A stretch of DNA of 55,679 nucleotides from Myxococcota bacterium (GTDB lineage: Bacteria; Myxococcota; Myxococcia; Myxococcales; Myxococcaceae): assembly GCA_049322255.1 (NCBI GenBank), contig JBMORE010000103.1:62001-117679 (forward strand). The letters are read 5' to 3'. The notes beneath the pieces are model-generated. The model saw only the letters and a program-made list of their open reading frames with translations. It had not been told where the DNA came from and did not search any database. Position 1 is the stretch's first letter; each line of letters opens with the position of its first letter. The position numbers and the translations under genes were made by a program. Below, one piece after another: positions 1 to 9,658 of the stretch.

Positions 1-120
1 ATCAGTTGTCGGGTGATTGATCGCCACAACTGGCTCCCGGAGCAGCCAGCGGTGGCGAAGCTGAACCAGCCGAAAGACTTCTAGGAGCGGGTGCAACGCA
101 GAGGCGCGCGCCCGAGTGCT

Positions 121-750
121 TCAGCGCCCACCCGTTATCGGTATGTCGGCAAAGACGGTCGCCGCCGCCTTTTCGCTGATGCGCTGGTACTTGGCGTACG
201 CGGCCACCATCGACTTGCGCATGGCGGGCGCATCCCGCTCTCCGTGCGACGCCACCGCAGTCGCAACTGCTTCGAGCAGATAGGCCTCGGGCGCCATCAA
301 GGTACGCGTCAGCGCCACCACCGGAATGCGGGCGCTTTTGAAGAGCGGGCCGAAATACGGCTGGCTCACGCACGCGAGTACCGCCACCGGCCGTGGCCGC
401 GCTGCCTTCTCCACTCGCGGCGTGGGCACATCCATCAGACGGTTATGCCCAGACCAAACCAACAGGTCGGGGCCCACATCCTCACTCGCAGCAGCAAGAA
501 AGTCGGACAGCGCGTCGTCTATGCGGTCCCCGCGTACGCCCATAGTCGCATGCGCACCGCGTGTTGGCCCTTGCTCGGAGTCCGCTCGAGAACGAGCTCG
601 CGGAGCACCGCGGGCCGCCTGGCATCGAACCCATCGGTTTTGGCGAGAACCTTGAACCCGGAGCCTTGGAGAGAAACTGCGGGTCTCCGGCTGCTCTGCT
701 TCCACAGGCAATGAGACCCTCATCGTTCATTTGCAACACTCCCAGGGTGA
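121..750 (-). pseudogene. Frameshifted remnant of a conserved hypothetical protein (GHNxLMD / LACxSxxYF / MAPEAY / AYAKYQ motifs)
   Basis: Coding-like peptide is split across three minus frames: 'NDEGLIACGSRAAGDP' (482..739 frame), 'AVLRELVLERTPSKGQHAVRMRLWAYAG' ending in TAG near 520, and 'GDRIDDALSDF...AYAKYQ' (121..723 frame). One added base near 530 would join the last two. Confidence 0.55.
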
Positions 751-920
751 CTTGGTTACCGGAATATTGACTCTGCGTTGAACGCCTCGCCTGACCGGCT
801 GGTTCCGCGCGCCGAACGAAGACTTCTCACCCGCCGAGAGACATCGCTGTCGCTCCGCACGGGCGGACGTTTGCGCGCTCGCGAGACGCCCGAGCCCGAC
901 TTCGTCGCTGGCGATGCGCG

Positions 921-936
921 CGGCACACCGGTTGCT
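921..936 (+). promoter_or_regulatory. sigma54-type -24/-12 promoter upstream of recA
   Basis: CGGCACACCGGTTGCT has exact GG-N10-GC spacing with GGCAC and TTGC cores and ends 66 bp before the recA ATG. Confidence 0.65.
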
Positions 937-1002
937 CGAGGGGTCCGCGCGTGGCGCGGATTTCCCGCGTCCGTCCAACCAACCAATGGGAGAGGTGAAG
1001 AC

Positions 1003-2027
<1,025 letters not shown>

Positions 2028-2031
<4 letters not shown>

Positions 2032-2228
2032 GGGGCAGCGGTTGGCTCTTGCTCCTCCTGGCGCTCCTGAGCTGTGAGCGAGCGGGGCCGCGCGCGCCCG
2101 AGCCACCCGTGCACGAACGAACGGGGCTGGTCCTTTCGTCGACCAGCCCCGTAAGCGCCCGGGATCGGCGGCTGGGACGAGGCCAACCCCACGGCGCCAC
2201 GCGGCCCGCTCCCCGTGACCGACGCTGA
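2028..2228 (+). CDS. Possible small lipoprotein or gene remnant
   Basis: GTG overlaps the recA stop (GTGA). The N-terminus [15 protein letters not shown] has a lipobox-like end. Confidence 0.35.
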
Positions 2229-2251
2229 CGAGACGCTCCCAGGGAGGCTCG

Positions 2252-3778
2252 CTACCAGTGGCGCATCTGCTCTGTGTACCCGCGGAAGGCCACCGCACCC
2301 CAGAAGTTCACCACCACGCCCAGCGCGGCTGCGACCAGCACCCAGCGGTGCTTGAGCGACCAGGCGCTCACCGCGAAGAGGAGAAGCAAATAAGGCGTGT
2401 AGTCGAGGCTGAAGCGGTAGCCGAACTGGGCAAAGCCGTTGTTCTGGTAGAAGAACCCGGGCAAGGCGGTGGCCCCCACCGTCAGCCACAAGGGCCAGTG
2501 CAACCGCCGTGGTTCCTTGGGCTGGCCGAAGTACGCCATCGCCGGCAGCGACACCAAGAGCACCCAGGCCAATAGCGGCACCTGCCGTAACCACTGGGGC
2601 GAAAGCATCAGCACGCCCAGTGGAGCAGCCAAGAGCAGGGGCCAACTCCCCCACTTGCGCCGAGGGGCGAAGAAGATGAAAGCGAGGAGCGGGAAAGTGA
2701 GCGCCAACGTCAGCCCATTCAAATCGAAGCCCAGCTGCAAAGGGTTACTCGAAAAGGTGGGCAGCTTGAGCAAGGCGGCCTCTAGATTTCCCGGCCCGCG
2801 CGCGGTTTCCACCAGATAGCGCGGGTGAAAAAGGCCGAGGGTGTCGACTTTCTCGTTGACGAAGTTGTTGAAGAGAAACCGGTGGCCGAATTCGGTCACC
2901 GACCCGAAGCGCACCTGGTTGTACGCCGCAGCCAACAAGGCCAGCGGCGCCGCCCCGGCAGTGAACAGCCCCAGCTTGCGCAGCACCGGGCGCCACGCTT
3001 TCCAGTCGTTGCCCAAGCGGCGAAGGTGCTCGAGCCGCTGCCCCTGCTCGGGGCAGAGCGCCTCCACCAAGAAAAACATCCCGGAGAAGAAGAGCGGCGT
3101 CCGGGTGAGCACTGCCATCGAATAGAACAGCCCGGCGAGCACCGGCCTGCGCGCGCGTACCGAGTTGCGCGCGTACAGGCAGGTGAAGGCCACTCCCATC
3201 ACCTCGGCGGAGAACCACACTTCACCGCGAATGGCGCAGTAGAAGAACAAGGTGCCGAAGGCCAAGAGCAGCGCCAGCGCACCGTTCTCCACGCCGTCGC
3301 GTTCGCTCTCGTGCTCGCGCGCGAGGAATCGCAAGAGCGAATAGAAGAACGCCACCGCCAGCGCCCCCACGAACACCCCGAAAGAGGTGTCGTTGAGCTG
3401 ATACCCATGCAGGGCGACGAAGGGGAGCATCACCGCCGCGGGGAAGGAGGGAAAGCTCACGTACCACCTGTCGGTGGGCAGCGGCCGTCCCTCGCAGCGC
3501 ACTTTCGCTGCGGCGACCTCGCGCACACAGGCCCAATCTTCGAGGTTGGGCAAGACTTGTGGGTCGAGATCGAGCCTTCCCTCCAGCCACGCCTGGGCCT
3601 GATAGACGAAGTGCGGCGCTTCGCTCTGGCGTAAGAAACGCTGAGAGCTGAACATCGCCAGCACCAGAAAGCTCACCGCAAAGAGCGCCACCTCCACCCG
3701 GTAGGCCTCCAGCCACACGCGCACCGCGGTGAGCACCGGGCCCGCCTGGGTTGCCATGTCCTTGCTCTGGCCATTCAT
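2252..3778 (-). CDS. Polytopic membrane protein, GT-C-fold glycosyltransferase-like
   Basis: Many hydrophobic segments and motifs HFVYQAQAWLEGRLDL, YNQVRFGS..EFG, FGYRF. ATG 3778 overlaps the cinA stop (ATGA). Confidence 0.75.
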   Translation of the reverse strand: MNGQSKDMATQAGPVLTAVRVWLEAYRVEVALFAVSFLVLAMFSSQRFLRQSEAPHFVYQAQAWLEGRLDLDPQVLPNLEDWACVREVAAAKVRCEGRPLPTDRWYVSFPSFPAAVMLPFVALHGYQLNDTSFGVFVGALAVAFFYSLLRFLAREHESERDGVENGALALLLAFGTLFFYCAIRGEVWFSAEVMGVAFTCLYARNSVRARRPVLAGLFYSMAVLTRTPLFFSGMFFLVEALCPEQGQRLEHLRRLGNDWKAWRPVLRKLGLFTAGAAPLALLAAAYNQVRFGSVTEFGHRFLFNNFVNEKVDTLGLFHPRYLVETARGPGNLEAALLKLPTFSSNPLQLGFDLNGLTLALTFPLLAFIFFAPRRKWGSWPLLLAAPLGVLMLSPQWLRQVPLLAWVLLVSLPAMAYFGQPKEPRRLHWPLWLTVGATALPGFFYQNNGFAQFGYRFSLDYTPYLLLLFAVSAWSLKHRWVLVAAALGVVVNFWGAVAFRGYTEQMRHW

Positions 3779-5040
3779 CGCGGGCCTGCCTTGTTCGCCA
3801 ATTCCTGCCACAAGAGCCGCAAGGCTCCGTATGCCGCGAACGAACGCACCCGCTCGCGGTCACCCATGTAGACCCGCCGCTTGACCAGCGCTCTGTCAGG
3901 GCCAGCCAAGCCCAAATACACCGTCCCCACCGGGTCCGCCTCGGTGCCCCCGGAGGGCCCCGCATACCCGGTGACGGAGAGCGCGAAAGTCGACTGGGCC
4001 CGCTCGCGCGCGCTGATGGCCAGAGCGAGGGCCACCGGTTCGGACACCACTCCGTGGGCACGCAAGGTCGCCTCGTCCACTCCCACCCAGCGCGCCTTCG
4101 CCGCCTCGCCGTAAGCCACCCACCCGCCGACGAAGCAGCCGCTGGCCCCAGCCTCGGCGGTGATGAGCGCTGCGAGCAGCCCTCCGGTACAGCTCTCGGC
4201 CACCGCCAGCGTCTGGTGGCGCTCGCGCAAGAGCCGCCCGATGACGCCCGCGAGCGTCTCTTCACCCTCGCCGAACAGCCAAGGGGACAAGAGCGCGCGG
4301 CACGCCTGGGCCGCCTCGGTCAAGGCGCTGTCCGCTTCTTCCTGCGAGGCCCCCTGCGCCAGGAGCGTCAAGTGATTCTCCGGCGCCTGGGTACGAAACC
4401 CGAAGCGCACGCGGGAGTAAGCCGCCACCAGCGGAGCCACCTTCGTTTCCAGGTGCGACTCGGCAAGACCGACTGTCTTGAGCAACCCGTACGCGCGAAA
4501 GACCCGGCCCTCGTAGGCGCCGGCCATCGCCACCAGCCGCGGCATCACCTGTTTTTCCACCAAGTGGCGAAACTCGCTGGGCACTCCTGGGAGGTAGAAA
4601 AAAACGCACCTGCCCAACCGCTGCACGAACATCGGAGCGCTCCCCACCGGGTTTTCCACCACCTCGGCGCCTTTCGGCACCCGGGCCTGGCGGGCGTTGT
4701 TGGGGGTCAGCTCCAGCCCCCGCAGGGCGAAGCGCTCGCGAATGCGGCTCAAGGTGGGGGCGTCCTCCACCAGCTCGACTTGGGCGGCGAGCGCGGCGCA
4801 CTCGGCGGTGAGGTCGTCGGCGGTTGGCCCCAGGCCCCCGCACACCACCGCGGCGTCGGCGCGTGCGGAGATGGCTCGCAGCGCCTCGACCAGGTGCTCG
4901 CGCACATCTCCCACCACCGTCACCCGCTGCAGCACCTCGCCCAGCTCGCCCACGAGCTTGCCCGCGAGGAAGGCGCTGTTGGTGTCGCTGGTGAGCCCGG
5001 TGAGCAGCTCATCGCCGGTGCAGAGCGCTTCGATGTTCAC
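3775..5040 (-). CDS. cinA: CinA-family competence/damage-inducible protein (MoCF-like domain + PncC NMN deamidase)
   Basis: GDELLTG..DTN, GGLGPTADDLT, LPGVPSE, AVAESCTGG, SVTGYAGPSGG. Confidence 0.95.
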   Translation of the reverse strand: MNIEALCTGDELLTGLTSDTNSAFLAGKLVGELGEVLQRVTVVGDVREHLVEALRAISARADAAVVCGGLGPTADDLTAECAALAAQVELVEDAPTLSRIRERFALRGLELTPNNARQARVPKGAEVVENPVGSAPMFVQRLGRCVFFYLPGVPSEFRHLVEKQVMPRLVAMAGAYEGRVFRAYGLLKTVGLAESHLETKVAPLVAAYSRVRFGFRTQAPENHLTLLAQGASQEEADSALTEAAQACRALLSPWLFGEGEETLAGVIGRLLRERHQTLAVAESCTGGLLAALITAEAGASGCFVGGWVAYGEAAKARWVGVDEATLRAHGVVSEPVALALAISARERAQSTFALSVTGYAGPSGGTEADPVGTVYLGLAGPDRALVKRRVYMGDRERVRSFAAYGALRLLWQELANKAGPR

Positions 5041-5042
5041 GG

Positions 5043-5936
5043 CTAGAGGTATTCCTGCTCGTCGACGTCGTCCTCGTCTTCTTCCTCATCCTCGTCCACT
5101 TCCTCGGAGGGCACCGCCGCCAGCGCGGCAGGCGGGCCAGCGAGCTTGCGCGCGGCCAGGTGGTTTTTGAGCAGCACCGCCGACTCGAGCAGCCCGAAGA
5201 GCAGGTAGGTAGAGAAGTACGCCACCAGGACGTAGGCGGGGTGGAGCTGAGTAGCAACCAACACCCCGCCGGCGATGACGAACATGAAGAGGGTGGCGGA
5301 CCGCTTGGACAGCCGCACGTCCTTGAAGGTGCGGTAGCGCACGGTGGAGACCATCAACAACGACAGCACCGTCACCGCCACCGCGACCGGGACCTGCGCC
5401 GGCGGTCCCACCTGTCCACCTCGGGCGCCGAAGTGGGCGATGACCATGGAGACAATCATCCCCGCGGCGAGGGGAATGGGGAGCCCGATGAAGAAGCGCG
5501 AAGCGGCCCCGTGGGGAGAACGCTGGGCGAGGACGTTGAAGCGTGCCAGCCGCAGGGCGCCGCAGGCGGTGAAGGAGAAGGCGATGAAGACGCCCACAAA
5601 CCCCAAGGGAGCGAGCGCCCACTTGTACACCAGCAAGGCAGGAGCGACTCCGAAGGAGACGACGTCGGCGAGGCTGTCGAGCTCGACGCCGAACTGGCTC
5701 TGGGTCTTGGTGAGGCGGGCCACCCGGCCGTCGAAACCATCGAAGAAGATGGCGAAGAAGATGGCCAGTGCCGCCTGGTAGAGCTGGGTGGGCGTGGCTT
5801 CGCCGGCGCACAGGGTGAGGGCGTAGACGCCGCAGAAGATGGAGGTGACGGTGAAGAGGTTGGGCAAAACGAACATCAGTTTGCGCAGCTTCGTCAACGT
5901 CGACTCCTCCCTCTCGCCGAAGGGTTTTCCCACCAT
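5043..5936 (-). CDS. pssA: CDP-diacylglycerol--serine O-phosphatidyltransferase
   Basis: LPNLFT, CDP-alcohol motif DGFDGRVAR...G.ELDSLAD..SFG.AP, RLARFN, F.GLPIP. Start uncertain (5936 or 5876). Confidence 0.92.
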   Translation of the reverse strand: MVGKPFGEREESTLTKLRKLMFVLPNLFTVTSIFCGVYALTLCAGEATPTQLYQAALAIFFAIFFDGFDGRVARLTKTQSQFGVELDSLADVVSFGVAPALLVYKWALAPLGFVGVFIAFSFTACGALRLARFNVLAQRSPHGAASRFFIGLPIPLAAGMIVSMVIAHFGARGGQVGPPAQVPVAVAVTVLSLLMVSTVRYRTFKDVRLSKRSATLFMFVIAGGVLVATQLHPAYVLVAYFSTYLLFGLLESAVLLKNHLAARKLAGPPAALAAVPSEEVDEDEEEDEDDVDEQEYL

Positions 5937-6024
5937 AACAAGCTTTGGCGCGCCAACGGCGCTTCGGACTTCACCCAAGGAGCCCGCCTGGAGCGTCCTC
6001 ATGCGGGCAACCGCCTCGATGCCT

Positions 6025-7458
6025 TTAGGGCGGACGGGTGTCGGCCTGAATGCACAGGGCGCGCGGCAAGGGGACATCCGACTCCACCTGAGTGAGGGTC
6101 ACCTGGGCGCCCTGGCCGCACTCCGCCCACAGCGGCCCTTCGGCGTTCTCTCGTGAGAAAAGCCCGTGCACCGAAAGCCGTGCTTCGTCAGGCACCACCA
6201 GTGCGCTCGTGCCGCAACCACGGGCTTCCACCGCGTACGCCACAACCTGCGACCGCCGCTCGGCCACCAGCGCCCCAAAGCGGCAGCGCGCGCACGACAC
6301 CCCCTTGGCCACCACCTCGGCCTCCACGGTGGCAATGACCCCGCTGCCGTCGACGTCCCGCACCACCACGTCCTCCAGCTCGGCCTTCACCCCCCGCAGC
6401 TCCACGCCGTCACCGCCGCTTTGACCATCCCCGCGCACCTGGGTCACCACCGCCCCAAAAAGGCGCAAGCTCCCCAGCCGCGCGAAAAGCCCCGTGGAGG
6501 AAACGCGGTGCACTTGCACCCGGCGCAGCTCCAGCTCCGACTCGAGCAACTGAAGCCCGGCGTAAGACGCGCCCTCGAGCACCACCACGTCGGCAAGATG
6601 GCCCCGCGTTCCCACCAGCGCCACCCCGGCGCGCTGGGGACGCACCGCGGAGAAGTCCTCCACCTGCACCCATGCCCCCGCGCCGGTCAAAAGCCCGTAC
6701 TCGTGGCCGAACACCCGCACCCAGCGCGCCGTCAACTTGCCCTGCGCCGCGAACACCCCCGGCCCCCGCCCGCCCACCACGTCGACGTCGGAAAGGTGCG
6801 CCTCCCCTCCCACCAGGTGCAGTGCGGTCACCGGACCGTCGAAGCGGCAGCCCGTCAGCTGCGCCCGGCCCCCGCGCACCTCCACGCCACGGCGAAACGC
6901 TCCCACGAAGGCGGTTCCCGAAAAGTTCGCCTCGGCCCGGGGAGAGGCCCTCACTCCGACCGTCTCCGACACCGTGCCGGCAAGCTCGCCCCCGGCCACC
7001 GTCAACACCGCGCCCTCGGCCAGCACCAGCGCCGCCTGGCGCTGCCCCGACAGATGAACGTGGTGAAGAGAAGACCGCCCCTCCACCCGCACCCCCACCT
7101 GCCCTCCTTGGACGTGCACGCGCTCCAACTGGGCGTCGCGAAGACGCACCACCTCGGAAGCCGCCCCATCGGCGTAGAGCACCGCCGCTTTCCCACCGAC
7201 GAGGGCGACATCGCCCTCTATCCGGAAAGGTCCTTGGTACATCCCCGTCGCCAGGTGCACGACCAGCGGCCGAGGGCCGGCACCGGAAAGCGCCTCCGTC
7301 AGCGAACGGTAGGGCCGCTGCGAAGACCCGTCTCCTCCTGCTGGAGCGAAGGCGTCGACATAGCGCTCGGTGGGCGCTTGCGTCGAACGAGCGGGGAGCT
7401 CCGCCCGCGGAGAAAGGCACCCGCTGAGAAGAACGACGACGCACGACAGGGGCCGCAC
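6025..7458 (-). CDS. Lipoprotein with right-handed beta-helix (pectin-lyase-like, DUF1565-like N-terminus)
   Basis: Lipobox LLSGC, YVD....GDGS..RPYRSLTEAL, G.Y motif and Gly/Val beta-helix repeats. Confidence 0.75.
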   Translation of the reverse strand: MRPLSCVVVLLSGCLSPRAELPARSTQAPTERYVDAFAPAGGDGSSQRPYRSLTEALSGAGPRPLVVHLATGMYQGPFRIEGDVALVGGKAAVLYADGAASEVVRLRDAQLERVHVQGGQVGVRVEGRSSLHHVHLSGQRQAALVLAEGAVLTVAGGELAGTVSETVGVRASPRAEANFSGTAFVGAFRRGVEVRGGRAQLTGCRFDGPVTALHLVGGEAHLSDVDVVGGRGPGVFAAQGKLTARWVRVFGHEYGLLTGAGAWVQVEDFSAVRPQRAGVALVGTRGHLADVVVLEGASYAGLQLLESELELRRVQVHRVSSTGLFARLGSLRLFGAVVTQVRGDGQSGGDGVELRGVKAELEDVVVRDVDGSGVIATVEAEVVAKGVSCARCRFGALVAERRSQVVAYAVEARGCGTSALVVPDEARLSVHGLFSRENAEGPLWAECGQGAQVTLTQVESDVPLPRALCIQADTRPP

Positions 7459-7670
7459 CGTGACCAGCCTAGAGCCATTTGCTTCTGATCGGACACCGCT
7501 CTTTGGCGATCGTCGTCGCCCGTCAAACCCGCCAGACGACGATCAGAACGGCGCGACAAATGATCGTATTTTAATGTGTTTTGATCGCAACGCGATCTTG
7601 CACACATCGACCTACGCCACCAAAAACATGATTTAAGGCCGAATTTTCGGCCTCTGACGCTCTGAGTCAG

Positions 7671-7699
7671 TTGACACTCGCGAACACAATTGTTACCTA
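7671..7699 (+). promoter_or_regulatory. Candidate sigma70 promoter of the HU gene
   Basis: Perfect -35 TTGACA at 7671 in an AT-rich intergenic region. The -10 region (TGTTACCT) is only a partial match. Confidence 0.45.
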
Positions 7700-7747
7700 G
7701 GCCGCCCTTTTGTCGTTGTTTTGCCAACACACTCCAGGGAGGGAGAT

Positions 7748-8017
7748 ATGACCAAGGCAGAGCTGGTGGAATTCGTCGCGGCACAGTCGAAGCTGACCAA
7801 GAAGTCGGCGGCCCAGGTGATGGAGGCGGTCTTCAACACCATCGGCAAGGCGGTGAAGAAGGAGGCGCGGTTCAGCTACCCGGGCTTCGGCACCTGGTCG
7901 CTGCGCTCACGCAAGGCGCGCAAGGTTCGCAACCCGCAAACCAACGAGCTCATGAAGCTGAAGGCCTCCAAGACCATCGGCTTCCGTCCTGCCAAGGAGC
8001 TCAAGCAGACGCTGTAG
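7748..8017 (+). CDS. HU-family DNA-binding protein
   Basis: MTKAELVE, GFGTW, RKARKVRNPQT, F.PAKELK. RBS GGAGGGAG. Confidence 0.96.
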   Translation: MTKAELVEFVAAQSKLTKKSAAQVMEAVFNTIGKAVKKEARFSYPGFGTWSLRSRKARKVRNPQTNELMKLKASKTIGFRPAKELKQTL

Positions 8018-8046
8018 GTGAAGCGGCCTCGTCGAGGCTTCGTTCG

Positions 8047-8083
8047 AAAAGGGGCTCCCGGCGGCAAGCGGGGGCCCCTTTTT
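8047..8083. terminator. Bidirectional intrinsic terminator
   Basis: AAAAGGGGCTCCC-loop-GGGGGCCCCTTTTT between the convergent HU and M23 genes. Confidence 0.85.
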
Positions 8084-8103
8084 CACGTGGCCTTTGAGCT
8101 CGC

Positions 8104-9036
8104 TTACCGGCTGGCCACCGGCTCACCCGGGAGCGGCTGCCCCATCTGCTCCAGCGGGTCCACCGGCTGTCCATCACGCAAAAGCTCGAAGTGCACGTGG
8201 GCGCCGGTGCTGCGCCCGGTGGAGCCAGCGAGCCCGAGCGGGTCGCCCCTGGCCACCACCGTGCCCGGCTCGACCAAAAGCTGCGACAGATGGCTGTACC
8301 GACTGACCCAGCCGCCGCCGTGGTGCAACTCCACGTGCTTACCGTGGGCACCGTTCCAACCGGCGAAAATCACCGTGCCCTTGCCGGCGGCGCTCACCAA
8401 CTGCCCATGCGCGGCGGCGAGGTCGACCCCTGAATGAAAGCGCACCTGCCGCGAAAGCGGATGGAGCCTGCGGCCAAAGAGGCTGGTGATGGTGACGGGG
8501 TCGACGGGCCACCCCAGCGACGTTCGCAGCGCCTGCGTCTTCACCTTGAGCGTGCGGACCTCGGTCATTCGTACCGCCAAGCGGGCCACCTGCCGCAGGA
8601 CGTCGTCGGCCAGCGCCGCCGGCATCTCCCCGTAGGCCTGGGCGTCCATCTCCAACTCGGCCTCGAGGGCCACCCGCGCACGAACGAGGTCGAACGAGGA
8701 GGTGCGCGCAGCGGGGCGGCGCAAGAACACCTCCACCGCCCCCATCACTTCCTCCCAGGCCACAGCTTGCTCGGGCGGCATCGCGCTGCCCTTGGGCACC
8801 CGTCCTCGGAAGATGCGGGCCTGACCGGCAAAGCGCAAAAGCGCCGACTGCAGCTCGTGAGAAGGCGAGGCCACCGGTGCACTCCGGGACTTCGGAGCAT
8901 CGGGCTTCGCCGCCGCCGGCGTGGGCGAGGGCGCACCGAACGCCTCGGTGAAGCTCATCTTCCGGGGCGGCCCACTGGCACACCCCAGCACACCGGCCAC
9001 CGTGGCAACGAAGACCCAGCGCATGTACGCGCCCAT
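8104..9036 (-). CDS. M23-family metallopeptidase, lipoprotein
   Basis: Lipobox VLGC, ITSLFG.R.HP, HSGVD, YSHL, GSTGRSTGAHVHFE. Confidence 0.93.
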   Translation of the reverse strand: MGAYMRWVFVATVAGVLGCASGPPRKMSFTEAFGAPSPTPAAAKPDAPKSRSAPVASPSHELQSALLRFAGQARIFRGRVPKGSAMPPEQAVAWEEVMGAVEVFLRRPAARTSSFDLVRARVALEAELEMDAQAYGEMPAALADDVLRQVARLAVRMTEVRTLKVKTQALRTSLGWPVDPVTITSLFGRRLHPLSRQVRFHSGVDLAAAHGQLVSAAGKGTVIFAGWNGAHGKHVELHHGGGWVSRYSHLSQLLVEPGTVVARGDPLGLAGSTGRSTGAHVHFELLRDGQPVDPLEQMGQPLPGEPVASR

Positions 9037-9069
9037 GCTAGCCGGGCGGCGGGTGTGGCTGGAAGTTCG

Positions 9070-9603
9070 TCAGGGTGCGGGCGCACCCTCGCGCTCGGCA
9101 ACGCGCTCGGCCTTGAGCTTCTTCATTCGCTTGCGAATGAGCTCACGCTTGAGGGTGGAGATGCGGTCGACGAACACCGTACCTTGCAGGTGGTCGGTCT
9201 CGTGTTGGATGGCGATGGCCAAAAGCCCATCGGCGGTGAGAAGCTGCTCCTGACCCTCGACGTCGAGAAAGCGCACGGTGACGACGGCGGCGCGGTCGAC
9301 GTCCTCCGCCTCACCTGGGATGGACAAGCACCCTTCGGTGTAGCGGGTGCTGCCCTCGAGCGAGACGATTTCGGGGTTGATCATCGCCAGCGGCTTCGCC
9401 TCGGGCTGGCGGGGAGTGGTGTCGAGGACGATGACGTTCTTGAGCACCCCCACTTGTGGGGCGGCCAGGCCCACCCCGTCGGCGGCGTACATCGTTTCGA
9501 ACAAGTCGTTGACCAGCGTGCGAATCGACTCGTCGACCACCGCCACCTTCGACGCCTTCTTCTTCAAGGTCGGGTCGGGCCAGATGAGAATCTCTCGAAC
9601 CAT
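9070..9603 (-). CDS. def: Peptide deformylase
   Basis: GVGLAAPQ, EGCLS and HETDH motifs. Start MVREILIWPDP. Confidence 0.97.
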   Translation of the reverse strand: MVREILIWPDPTLKKKASKVAVVDESIRTLVNDLFETMYAADGVGLAAPQVGVLKNVIVLDTTPRQPEAKPLAMINPEIVSLEGSTRYTEGCLSIPGEAEDVDRAAVVTVRFLDVEGQEQLLTADGLLAIAIQHETDHLQGTVFVDRISTLKRELIRKRMKKLKAERVAEREGAPAP

Positions 9604-9658
9604 GGGCTTTAGTTTTAATGGCTTGGCCGGAGCGCGGCAACCTGTCGGCCCTCGTCGG

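Noticed and set aside
740..1002. LexA (SOS) box upstream of recA
   Set aside because: No match by eye to the Myxococcus-type or E. coli-type LexA consensus.
7483..7700. Chromosomal origin (GATC cluster plus AT-rich tract)
   Set aside because: No DnaA boxes (TTATCCACA-like) were seen and there is no dnaA/dnaN/parAB context.
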